A DNA stretch of 35,928 nucleotides, from positions 1 to 35,928 of the IMG/VR virus record IMGVR_UViG_3300014539_000001, one strand, 5' to 3'. The translations under genes were made by a program, and so were the position numbers. The notes under the pieces were generated by a model that was given only the letters and a program-made list of their open reading frames with translations, had not been told where the DNA came from and ran no database searches. Numbering within the stretch: position 1 is the first letter of the stretch; every line of letters begins with the position of its first letter. Shown piece after piece: positions 1 through 5,964 of this stretch. The DNA is from a virus.

Positions 1-99
1 ATCCAGAATATACAGGGAAATACATTACAAATTCCCGCTAATTGTTCCTTATTAAATGCGTATTATGGAACAACAATAGATAGAGTGGAATTTTCCCAA
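1..99. repeat. Terminal direct repeat (copy 1): identical to 35830-35928. This is the overlap of a circularly closed assembly.
   Basis: Read directly: the 99 nt ATCCAGAATATACAGGG...GTGGAATTTTCCCAA occur at both window ends. The repeat lies inside one continuous reading frame (the tail fibre). Confidence 0.95.
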
Positions 100-330
100 G
101 CTGGAACAATTACAGGAGAAGGAATTTTAATAAATGCTAGAAGTGGAAAATTGTTTTCAACAGACCCTAAAACTACAGACGGTGGAAAATACATTGACAG
201 TAAAACCGTAGGTGGATTAATAACAAAATATATCAAGGACAATTCCACCACCTTTTCAGGTTCTGTTTTAGGTGATACAAGTGGATTAACAGACAATACA
301 GATGCAATTTATAAAAAAGGATTTGATTAA
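1..330 (+). CDS. Tail fibre, C-terminal end. It continues 34360-35928 across the circular junction; the unique part is 100-330 and the stop is at 328-330.
   Basis: The frame of 34360 reaches the window end with no stop (523 codons). Position 35928 equals position 99, and position 100 is in frame with the listed ORF 85-330. Combined product is about 600 aa. Confidence 0.85.
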   Translation: MQNIQGNTLQIPANCSLLNAYYGTTIDRVEFSQAGTITGEGILINARSGKLFSTDPKTTDGGKYIDSKTVGGLITKYIKDNSTTFSGSVLGDTSGLTDNTDAIYKKGFD

Positions 331-356
331 GTTACCGCTCCCGATTGCCTTTGCTG

Positions 357-1249
357 TTAATAAGAACCAAACGATACATGAACAGAAGTGGCATAGCCAT
401 TATTGCCGTTTGCTTTTATATTGCTGTCTATCCTTGTGGCATCATATAATGCGGCGTTAATAACGCAAAATATACTACTAGGTATTATTTCCTTTGCCTC
501 ATCAATTCCATCAATTCCATTCCAATTATCAGGAAAACTAGCAGGGCGATTACAAGTTGCTAAAAAACCACTACCATAAACATTAGTAAGCTGAAGTTTA
601 TATGAACTTAAAACCGTATTATACGTATTCAATATGGAAGCACTTTTTGCTAATGTTATGTCTGCATATTGTGTGCTTATTAATGTATTACCTATTGCTA
701 TGCAATTTAAGCCTACTGCCGGATTATCAAATTTAGGTGTAGACAAATCTATTGAAACTCTTTGTAAATATAAAGAACTTGCTCCTTGTACAAGAACATT
801 ACCGTATTTATATACTAAATTCCCTTCTTCATCTCTATCTTGTAGGTTTATTTTATTGTATGGGACAGTAATTTTAGGATATTTTTTATAATTAAACCAT
901 GTTTGCCAGGAGCCGCTTATTGTTACATCTTTATTAGAAACATTTATAACTTTGGAAAGAGGGTATATATTTTTTGTATCATCATTATATATTTCCAAAG
1001 TGAATGTTATTGTCGGAACGTCTTTTTTTATTAAATCTATAGCTCTATCTAAAGTTTTAACTCTTTTTGTATAAGTAGAACCGTCATTATTATCGTCGCC
1101 GTTTTGACAATCTACGTAGATTGTTTGTTGTGGTGCTATTATTTGGTTTTGTAGTTTATCTATAGCGTCCTGTCCTAACGGTGGTGCTCCACCTATAGTT
1201 AAACTATTAGCCACTTCTATCGTATCGACAGTCAACTTCCCATTTATAT
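357..1249 (-). CDS. Silent, inverted alternative tail-fibre C-terminal cassette (receptor-binding module) with no start codon of its own.
   Basis: The minus-strand frame is open well upstream of the TTG (1235) used by the ORF track, with no ATG/GTG/TTG or SD before it. From NINGKLTVD onward it parallels residues from about 276 to the end of the expressed fibre (QIIAPQQTIYVD-x-NG-D-NNDG...). It lies tail-to-tail with the expressed C-terminus, 26 bp apart. Confidence 0.75.
1111..1147. repeat. Inverted repeat IR-B (silent-cassette copy), partner 35312-35348.
   Basis: The reverse complement of 1111-1147 matches 35312-35348 at 35 of 37 positions (ACCAAATAATAGCACCACAACAAAC.AT.TACGTAGA). Encodes QIIAPQQTIYVD in both cassettes. 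Confidence 0.9.
1223..1249. repeat. Inverted repeat IR-A (silent-cassette copy), partner 35186-35212. Candidate inversion crossover site.
   Basis: The reverse complement of 1223-1249 matches 35186-35212 at 26 of 27 positions (ATATAAATGGGAAGTTGAC[C/T]GTCGATA). Similarity between the two cassettes starts exactly here. Confidence 0.85.
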
Positions 1250-1279
1250 CATTTTCGGAACTTGAAAGGGGGTGATATA

Positions 1280-1576
1280 ATGCGAAGGATACTAGTAATT
1301 TTGGTAATAACCATAGCGTGCATGTGCTCGATATGCTCGGCGAAAAGTCTGCATAACCTGCAAGATGAGATACCGACAGACAAAGCCCTGCACTTTGCGG
1401 CAGGCTATATAATTTCCGACCAGCTTCAGCGCAATGCTCATTGCTCCGCGTTTGAAGCTTTTTTAATTACAAGTGGTATTGCATGGGCCAAAGAAAAGTG
1501 GGTAGATGACCATGTAGATAATAACGACGCATACGCTACGATGGCAGGTGGTTTGTTTTATCAAATTAAATTTTAA
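1280..1576 (+). CDS. Small exported protein or lipoprotein, YfiM/DUF2279-like.
   Basis: SD GGGGGTGA sits 7 nt before ATG 1280. Signal peptide MRRILVILVITIACMCSICSA. DKALHFAAGYIIS and GIAWAKEKW..D..ATMAGG resemble E. coli YfiM (DKAQHFLASAMLS ... GASKELW ... DVAGATTGY). The C-terminus YQIKF resembles an OMP beta-signal. Confidence 0.55.
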   Translation: MRRILVILVITIACMCSICSAKSLHNLQDEIPTDKALHFAAGYIISDQLQRNAHCSAFEAFLITSGIAWAKEKWVDDHVDNNDAYATMAGGLFYQIKF

Positions 1577-1588
1577 GAAGGTGAATAT

Positions 1589-1876
1589 ATGGCTGATGAA
1601 ACAATTCGTGTGTTATTTACAAAAGTAGACGAACTTACTGTTCAAATGACAAGAGTTGAAACACTTTTAGTAGAAACTGTAATTGCTAATCAAAAAAATA
1701 ACGCAGAGCGTCTTGACCGACACAGTAAAAAAATCGATGTTGCATTTGAGCGTATAAAAGAGCTTGAAAATGATAAAAAGCATATCATTTCTATTAAGAA
1801 CTTAGTTATTGGTTTTATAGGAGTAGTAGCTACCTGTACAAGCATTGTACTAGGTCTTACACAGCTAATGAGGTGA
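1589..1876 (+). CDS. xhlA: XhlA-like membrane protein (lysis-associated): coiled-coil N-terminus and a single C-terminal TM.
   Basis: 95 aa. The N-terminus is heptad-like and the C-terminus is LVIGFIGVVATCTSIVLGLTQLM. Lies just upstream of a small holin-like ORF and the endolysin. Confidence 0.6.
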   Translation: MADETIRVLFTKVDELTVQMTRVETLLVETVIANQKNNAERLDRHSKKIDVAFERIKELENDKKHIISIKNLVIGFIGVVATCTSIVLGLTQLMR

Positions 1877-1880
1877 TTGA

Positions 1881-2054
1881 ATGCAATACGAAAAATTAGA
1901 TATAGTAAATTTAGTAGTCGTTATCGGGCTTGTAATAGCTTTAATAACGGCTATTTTTTATGATAATGCAGAACTATCTACAACAATAAGTGCTGGCTTG
2001 TTGGGTTATCTAGGTGGGCTGGTACGAGTTAATAATAAAGATGTTACAAAATAG
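1881..2054 (+). CDS. Small two-TM holin-like protein (57 aa, below the ORF-track cutoff).
   Basis: My translation: MQYEKLDIVNLVVVIGLVIALITAIFYDNAELSTTISAGLLGYLGGLVRVNNKDVTK. SD AGGTGA precedes the ATG. Located in the lysis cluster. Confidence 0.5.
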   Translation: MQYEKLDIVNLVVVIGLVIALITAIFYDNAELSTTISAGLLGYLGGLVRVNNKDVTK

Positions 2055-2225
2055 GCACTTTTTGTAATGTGTATGCATAACATATTGCAAAAACAGCTAT
2101 TTTTATAAAACCTAGCACATTTCTAAAAGACAAAAACCTATAACCCGCACCGTTAAAGGATTTAATTGGAAGGTAATCGGTAGATTTAAGCTAAATTTTA
2201 GTTTATTTTTGGTTAAATTAAGAAA

Positions 2226-2249
2226 ACTGGTCGAATTCGACCAGTTTAA
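2226..2249. repeat. Perfect 24-bp palindrome AAACTGGTCGAATTCGACCAGTTT between the holin genes and the endolysin.
   Basis: Read directly. There is no U-tract beyond the stem, so it could be a hairpin/attenuator or a protein-binding site. Confidence 0.6.
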
Positions 2250-2267
2250 TAAAAGGAGTGGCAAATA

Positions 2268-2855
2268 ATGAAAGTAATAGATATTTCAGCTTGGCAAACA
2301 GATATTGACTGGCAGGCAGTAAAAGACGCTGGTATTGAAGGCGTGATTATTAAAATAGGTGAAGGTACTAATCTTGATGAAATGTTTTTTGAACACGTAA
2401 ATAATGCTGTAAATTATGGTTTAAAATATGGTGTATATTATTATGCTCATGCAAATTCTATAGATGAAGCAAGACGTGAAGCTTATACAGTAGACCAATG
2501 GCTTAAAACGTATATTCGTGGAGAAAATCCAGCATTAGGTATTTGGTATGACGCCGAAGATAATTCTATGCTTGAAGGTATAAATAACGTAGTTTATCCA
2601 ATAGCAAACTTTATTCATACAATGCGTGAAATAGGTTATAACTATGTAGGATTATACTCTTCTTATAACTGGCTTACTAATGTTATAGACCTTGAACCAT
2701 TACCAAAAGATGTTCCTATTTGGTCAGCCCAATATGGATACCATGAAAATAGTTTTGCTATTGAAAATCCTAATCGTATATGTCGTATTTGGCAATATAC
2801 AGATTGTGAACAAATAGGCGATATGAAGCTTGATTGTAACATTTACTATGAATAA
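2268..2855 (+). CDS. Endolysin, glycoside hydrolase family 25 muramidase.
   Basis: IDISAWQTDIDWQAVKDAGIEGVIIKIGEG...YGVYYYAHA is the GH25 (Cpl-1-type lysozyme) N-terminal signature. Strong SD AAAGGAG. Confidence 0.9.
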   Translation: MKVIDISAWQTDIDWQAVKDAGIEGVIIKIGEGTNLDEMFFEHVNNAVNYGLKYGVYYYAHANSIDEARREAYTVDQWLKTYIRGENPALGIWYDAEDNSMLEGINNVVYPIANFIHTMREIGYNYVGLYSSYNWLTNVIDLEPLPKDVPIWSAQYGYHENSFAIENPNRICRIWQYTDCEQIGDMKLDCNIYYE

Positions 2856-2886
2856 TAGAATAGATAATTTTTATTTAGTATTTAAT

Positions 2887-2948
2887 AAAAGTCCTCCATA
2901 TAATTGTTAATTTTTATTAATTATAAAGCTAACAAATGGAGGTCTTTT
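2887..2948 (+). terminator. Long hairpin plus T-run whose 3-prime arm contains the methyltransferase SD.
   Basis: AAAAG-T-CCTCCAT (2887-2899) pairs with ATGGAGG-T-CTTTT (2936-2948). The ATG is at 2950. It may act as the terminator of the lysis unit and/or mask the SD. Confidence 0.4.
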
Positions 2949-2949
2949 T

Positions 2950-3669
2950 ATGGATAAATTTTTAAATAAAATAATTTTAGGTGATAGTTTAGAAGTATTA
3001 AGACAAATACCAGATAACAGTGTGGATGCTGTTATTACAGATCCACCATATGCTAGTGGTGGGAAAACTACAGGAGAAAAAAGTGCATTACCATCAATAA
3101 AATATGCAAAAAATAAAGTAGTACACAGACCAGATTTTGTAGGTGATACGAAAGACAGCCGTTCCTGGTTACATTGGTGTGTATTATGGATTGGTGAATG
3201 CCATCGAATTTTAAAAGATAATGGTTATTTTTTAATGTTTAGCGATTGGCGACAATTACCAACAGCAACAGATGCAGTACAAATGGCGGATTTAATTTGG
3301 CGTGGTGTTGTAGCATGGGATAAAGGATTATGTGCTAGAGCCCCACATAAAGGCTATTTTAGGCATCAATGCGAGTATATAGTTTGGGGAACTAAGGGAA
3401 AATGTAAAAAAGCAGTCCATGCTGGTCCTTATGCTGGCTGTTTACGATACCAGGTAATGCAAAAGGATAAATTTCATTTAACAGGTAAACCAACGGCTTT
3501 GATGGAAGAACTTGTAAAAATAACTCCTGAAGGAGGTATAATTTTAGACCCATTTGTAGGCAGTGGTACTACTGCAGTAGCAGCTAAAAAACAGAATCGT
3601 AATTTTATTGGAATAGAAAAAACGGAAGTATATTATAATATTGCATTAAATCGTTTAAAGGAGATATAA
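2950..3669 (+). CDS. DNA methyltransferase, N6-adenine/N4-cytosine family (beta class). Orphan: no nuclease partner.
   Basis: Catalytic motif ITDPPY is near the N-terminus and the AdoMet motif DPFVGSGTTAVAA is near the C-terminus, as in PF01555-type enzymes. Confidence 0.9.
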   Translation: MDKFLNKIILGDSLEVLRQIPDNSVDAVITDPPYASGGKTTGEKSALPSIKYAKNKVVHRPDFVGDTKDSRSWLHWCVLWIGECHRILKDNGYFLMFSDWRQLPTATDAVQMADLIWRGVVAWDKGLCARAPHKGYFRHQCEYIVWGTKGKCKKAVHAGPYAGCLRYQVMQKDKFHLTGKPTALMEELVKITPEGGIILDPFVGSGTTAVAAKKQNRNFIGIEKTEVYYNIALNRLKEI

Positions 3670-3671
3670 CT

Positions 3672-3843
3672 ATGAAAATTTTAGTATATTCAAGAAATTT
3701 TTATACAATCTAACTGCCCAAATGAAAGCTTAAAAAATACTTTTAATCGTTTTGCTTTTATGCAAGGCAATCAAGTAATTTATTTTGATGATATTACTGT
3801 ACAAAATAGATGTGAAGCTATTATTACAGAAATAGAAGTTTAA
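3672..3843 (+). pseudogene. Small gene apparently disrupted by a frameshift at a T5 run.
   Basis: Strong SD AAGGAG precedes ATG 3672, but the ORF stops after 13 codons. The +1 frame stays open from 3685 to 3843. Removing one T from 3698-3702 would give a 57-aa ORF. Confidence 0.3.
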
Positions 3844-3854
3844 AGGATATATTT

Positions 3855-4208
3855 ATGTATGGATTATGGGAATTCTTACGGAAAAATGCTAAAAAAATTA
3901 TTATTTTTGGCGGTATTATTCTTCTGTGCTTGTTCATCGGTTTCATGTTCGGCGGAAGAGAAAACGTATCTAGTAACGGAGTCTCAATTAACGACGTTAG
4001 AACAGAACTTAGCAACGCTCAAGACGCAAAATCAGACATTGCAGACACAGCTTCAGATATCGCAGACACAAGTACAGGCATTGCAGAAACAGTCGGAAAT
4101 CTTGCAAACTCAATCGACACAGCTACAGGAGCAAGTAAACACTTTGATGCAATCATTGATGAATGCACAGGAATTATTGAGCAAATACGAAAACAACCAG
4201 CTGAATAA
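3855..4208 (+). CDS. N-terminally TM-anchored helical protein (117 aa). Candidate i-spanin-like partner of a dual-coding pair.
   Basis: SD AAAGGA sits 8 nt upstream. N-terminus KKIIIFGGIILLCLFIGFMFGG, then an Asp/Ala/Thr-rich helical region. Third-codon positions are almost free of G, like the other genes of the AT-rich arm. Confidence 0.5.
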   Translation: MYGLWEFLRKNAKKIIIFGGIILLCLFIGFMFGGRENVSSNGVSINDVRTELSNAQDAKSDIADTASDIADTSTGIAETVGNLANSIDTATGASKHFDAIIDECTGIIEQIRKQPAE

Positions 4209-4335
4209 TGAAGATGATTATATTATTGGTGTAGGTGTTAGTTCTGATAGTTTAGGTATGTATATATCTAAAAATAAAACATGGCTATATCTTGATGAAG
4301 ATACAGCCACGATAGGTTTACAATATAGATTTTAG
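3886..4335 (+). CDS. Exported coiled-coil lipoprotein-like protein with an OMP-type C-terminal beta-signal. It overlaps 3855-4208 in the +1 frame.
   Basis: Signal peptide MLKKLLFLAVLFFCAC, a long Q/L/T heptad region, and C-terminus TATIGLQYRF. The track ORF starts at 3859; ATG 3886 fits a signal peptide better. Confidence 0.6.
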   Translation: MLKKLLFLAVLFFCACSSVSCSAEEKTYLVTESQLTTLEQNLATLKTQNQTLQTQLQISQTQVQALQKQSEILQTQSTQLQEQVNTLMQSLMNAQELLSKYENNQLNNEDDYIIGVGVSSDSLGMYISKNKTWLYLDEDTATIGLQYRF

Positions 4336-4348
4336 TTTTCTTTATGAA

Positions 4349-4397
4349 AATAAGCCCTATTAATAGATAAAATGCTAATAATAGGGCTTATTTTTTT
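4349..4397 (+). terminator. Rho-independent terminator.
   Basis: AAGCCCTATTA (4352-4362) pairs with TAATAGGGCTT (4379-4389), followed by T7. Confidence 0.8.
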
Positions 4398-4416
4398 ATA
4401 TCTATTTGAAAATGTG

Positions 4417-4445
4417 TTGATAAAATCAAGATTAAATAATATAAT
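4417..4445 (+). promoter_or_regulatory. Near-consensus sigma70-type promoter.
   Basis: TTGATA (4417-4422), 17-nt spacer, TATAAT (4440-4445). Confidence 0.7.
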
Positions 4446-4499
4446 AAATATAGAAATTGAGGATTTGGTTAGTATTATTTTTTGTTAGAAGGTGATTAT

Positions 4500-4958
4500 A
4501 TGACGGATAAAGCAAAATGGGGAGGAAAAAGAGAGGGCGCAGGTCGCCCTCTAACAGCGGGAGAAGTAAGAAAACAAAGACAGTTAAGAGCCAGTGAAAA
4601 AGAATGGGAAATTATAAAAGAGTTTTCTAAAATCTTAAAAAAAGAACCTACAAAGGCTAATAAAATAATTAATGGAATTAAACGTGAAATAAGTGGATTA
4701 GATTTGTTAGATAATATGATAGATTATACAGGCAGTTTTACAGCAATAGAAGCTAGTTATTTAGCAACAATAGCTATAAAATATCAACTTGATTATTATG
4801 AAAACAATCCTGATGAAGCATATTATAACTATACACCTGATATCTTGAAAGAAACTTTAAAGAAAATAAATCCAGAGAATATGGCGGTTGATGAAGATAC
4901 TTTAACAATTAAAGAAATAATAAATAAAGTAGAAGCCTTAACAACATTTTTATATTAA
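4500..4958 (+). CDS. Putative ribbon-helix-helix (MobC/CopG-like N-terminus) DNA-binding protein with an unknown C-terminal domain.
   Basis: SD AAGGTGA precedes ATG 4500. GGKREGAGRP...RKQRQLRASEKEWEIIKEF resembles the GRP...R-beta-strand-helix N-terminus of RHH/MobC-type proteins. The C-terminal 100 aa were not recognised. Confidence 0.5.
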   Translation: MTDKAKWGGKREGAGRPLTAGEVRKQRQLRASEKEWEIIKEFSKILKKEPTKANKIINGIKREISGLDLLDNMIDYTGSFTAIEASYLATIAIKYQLDYYENNPDEAYYNYTPDILKETLKKINPENMAVDEDTLTIKEIINKVEALTTFLY

Positions 4959-4977
4959 TTTTATCTTCAGATGAAAA

Positions 4978-5005
4978 TAAAAAAGAGTAGCCATTTGGCT
5001 ACTCT
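4978..5005 (-). terminator. Hairpin whose U-tract is on the minus strand (a second, back-up terminator for leftward RNA).
   Basis: AGAGTAGCC (4984-4992) pairs with GGCTACTCT (4997-5005). An A-run lies immediately 5-prime on the + strand (a T-run after the stem in minus sense), and no T-run follows on the + strand. Confidence 0.5.
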
Positions 5006-5017
5006 AAGTTTATATAA

Positions 5018-5046
5018 TTGACAATTATTATGAATTAATATATCAT
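5018..5046 (+). promoter_or_regulatory. Near-consensus rightward promoter.
   Basis: TTGACA (5018-5023), 17-nt spacer, TATCAT (5041-5046). Confidence 0.65.
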
Positions 5047-5093
5047 AGAAGCGTAGATAATTTTCTTAACAATCGAATAAAAAGTTTTTAGAA

Positions 5094-5174
5094 ATAAAAA
5101 AGACCAAACGTGTTGGTAGCACGATTGGTCTTGCCGAACAACCTACCGCAAATAAGTTGTCCGAGTTACTTTCT
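5094..5174 (-). ncRNA. Candidate antisense small RNA of about 80 nt with two stem-loops.
   Basis: It starts about 7 nt downstream of a perfect consensus promoter (5209-5181). Stem-loop 1 spans 5135-5163 and has a G-U pair only in minus sense (A-C mismatch in plus sense). The terminator hairpin 5100-5132 is followed by a U-run only in minus sense. Confidence 0.65.
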
Positions 5175-5180
5175 AAACTC

Positions 5181-5209
5181 ATTATACTTATGTATTTGCG
5201 ATATGTCAA
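5181..5209 (-). promoter_or_regulatory. Perfect consensus sigma70 promoter on the minus strand.
   Basis: Minus-strand reading: TTGACA (5209-5204), exactly 17 nt, TATAAT (5186-5181). Confidence 0.8.
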
Positions 5210-5329
5210 CATATGATATCACAAAAATGATTTTAGGTAGGTTAAGTAGGCACATTATAGCATTATTCCATTTTTCCCATGTGGGAAAAATGATGAAAAA
5301 TGTTGTGATGTGTTTTTTAATATCTAAAA

Positions 5330-5581
5330 TCACCTGAAGGAATAAACTTCAGGAGCGTGCCAAGATGCTTATTCTTGGAGGGGAAACCACACTTGGCAAG
5401 GTGTATAAACTAGAATTGCAGAAAGTAATTCACCGTATCGTCAGCGGAGGCAGGGAAATCGGCGGGGCGTGCAAATATATTCTACTGTTTGCATTTACCT
5501 AAGAGGGCGGAATGTTGTTAAACTCCCTTAATAAGCCTAAGTAAATAAAAACTCATTAGAGCCGTTTAGACGGCTTTTTTT
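5330..5581 (+). ncRNA. Candidate structured RNA or leader. GC-richer, no ORF of 60 aa or more, ends in an intrinsic terminator. Family not recognised.
   Basis: Hairpin CCTGAAG/CTTCAGG (5333-5353). CCAAG can pair with either of two CTTGG copies (alternative pairings). G-rich tracts are present and the terminator is at 5560-5581. A 45-codon ORF (5365-5502, SD AGGAG 9 nt upstream) is an alternative reading. Confidence 0.4.
5560..5581 (+). terminator. Rho-independent terminator.
   Basis: AGCCGT-TTAG-ACGGCT followed by T7. Confidence 0.65.
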
Positions 5582-5589
5582 ATTGAGTA

Positions 5590-5900
5590 ATTATATTATA
5601 TGGTTAAAAGTAGACAACGGTGGTTAAACGCAACGTAAGTTGCAGACTGGGATTGTAGCAAATAAATAAGCTATAAGCCGTATTGGGATAATAGACGGAA
5701 ACATCTAGTGGTTGGGGCAATTAAGTAACCATAAATATCCTACCTGTATAAAAGCAGGGACTAGTAGAAAACTGGACTGGCAGACGCAAGAAAACCAGGC
5801 GTAAAAAATATAGTTATATCTTTAGTAAACTGCTAAAGGTATAACTATATCTAGAACATGGCTCCGCAATCCTCCCAAGCGTAATCTTTTTTAGGTTAGA
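5590..5900 (+). ncRNA. Second ORF-free, GC-richer structured segment upstream of the SAP-domain gene. Includes a 17-bp stem at 5809-5849.
   Basis: No ORF of 60 aa or more on either strand. Hairpins: GCAAC-GTAA-GTTGC (5630-5643) and TATAGTTATATCTTTAG/CTAAAGGTATAACTATA (5809-5849). The latter has a U-G wobble only in plus sense. Function unknown. Confidence 0.3.
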
Positions 5901-5964
5901 AGTAAAGCCAACATTAGTGTCTAGTTTAAATAAATTTATATACACCAAGAAAGAAGGTGAATAG

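Noticed and set aside
1-99. The 99-nt terminal repeat as a genuine phage direct terminal repeat or LTR-like element.
   Set aside because: It is exactly 99 nt, sits in the middle of a continuous tail-fibre reading frame and has no flanking packaging signals. The terminase is the cos-type Nu1/GpA pair. An assembler overlap of a circular molecule is the simpler explanation.
3760-3843. A stand-alone 27-aa ORF (MQGNQVIYFDDITVQNRCEAIITEIEV).
   Set aside because: It has no SD. It is better explained as the tail of the frameshifted ORF that starts at 3672.
5141-5152. TACCGCAA in the loop of the antisense sRNA gene matches the immunity operator half-site, which would link repressor and sRNA.
   Set aside because: An 8-nt match is expected about once by chance in 72 kb of two-strand sequence. 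The site is a single half-site with no dyad partner.
5110-5337. 75-aa plus-strand ORF in the RNA region.
   Set aside because: It has a GTG start with no SD. It runs through the minus-strand promoter, the sRNA and the terminator hairpin, and its sequence looks like a translated non-coding region. A 15-aa hydrophobic sub-ORF (MMKNVVMCFLISKIT) was also considered, but its signals are weak.
5018-5581. A ColE1-type RNAII/RNAI replication origin.
   Set aside because: The geometry is reminiscent, but the long RNA ends at an intrinsic terminator, and I could see no RNase H/ori-type sequence or DnaA boxes. I kept it only as one analogy within the antisense-RNA finding.
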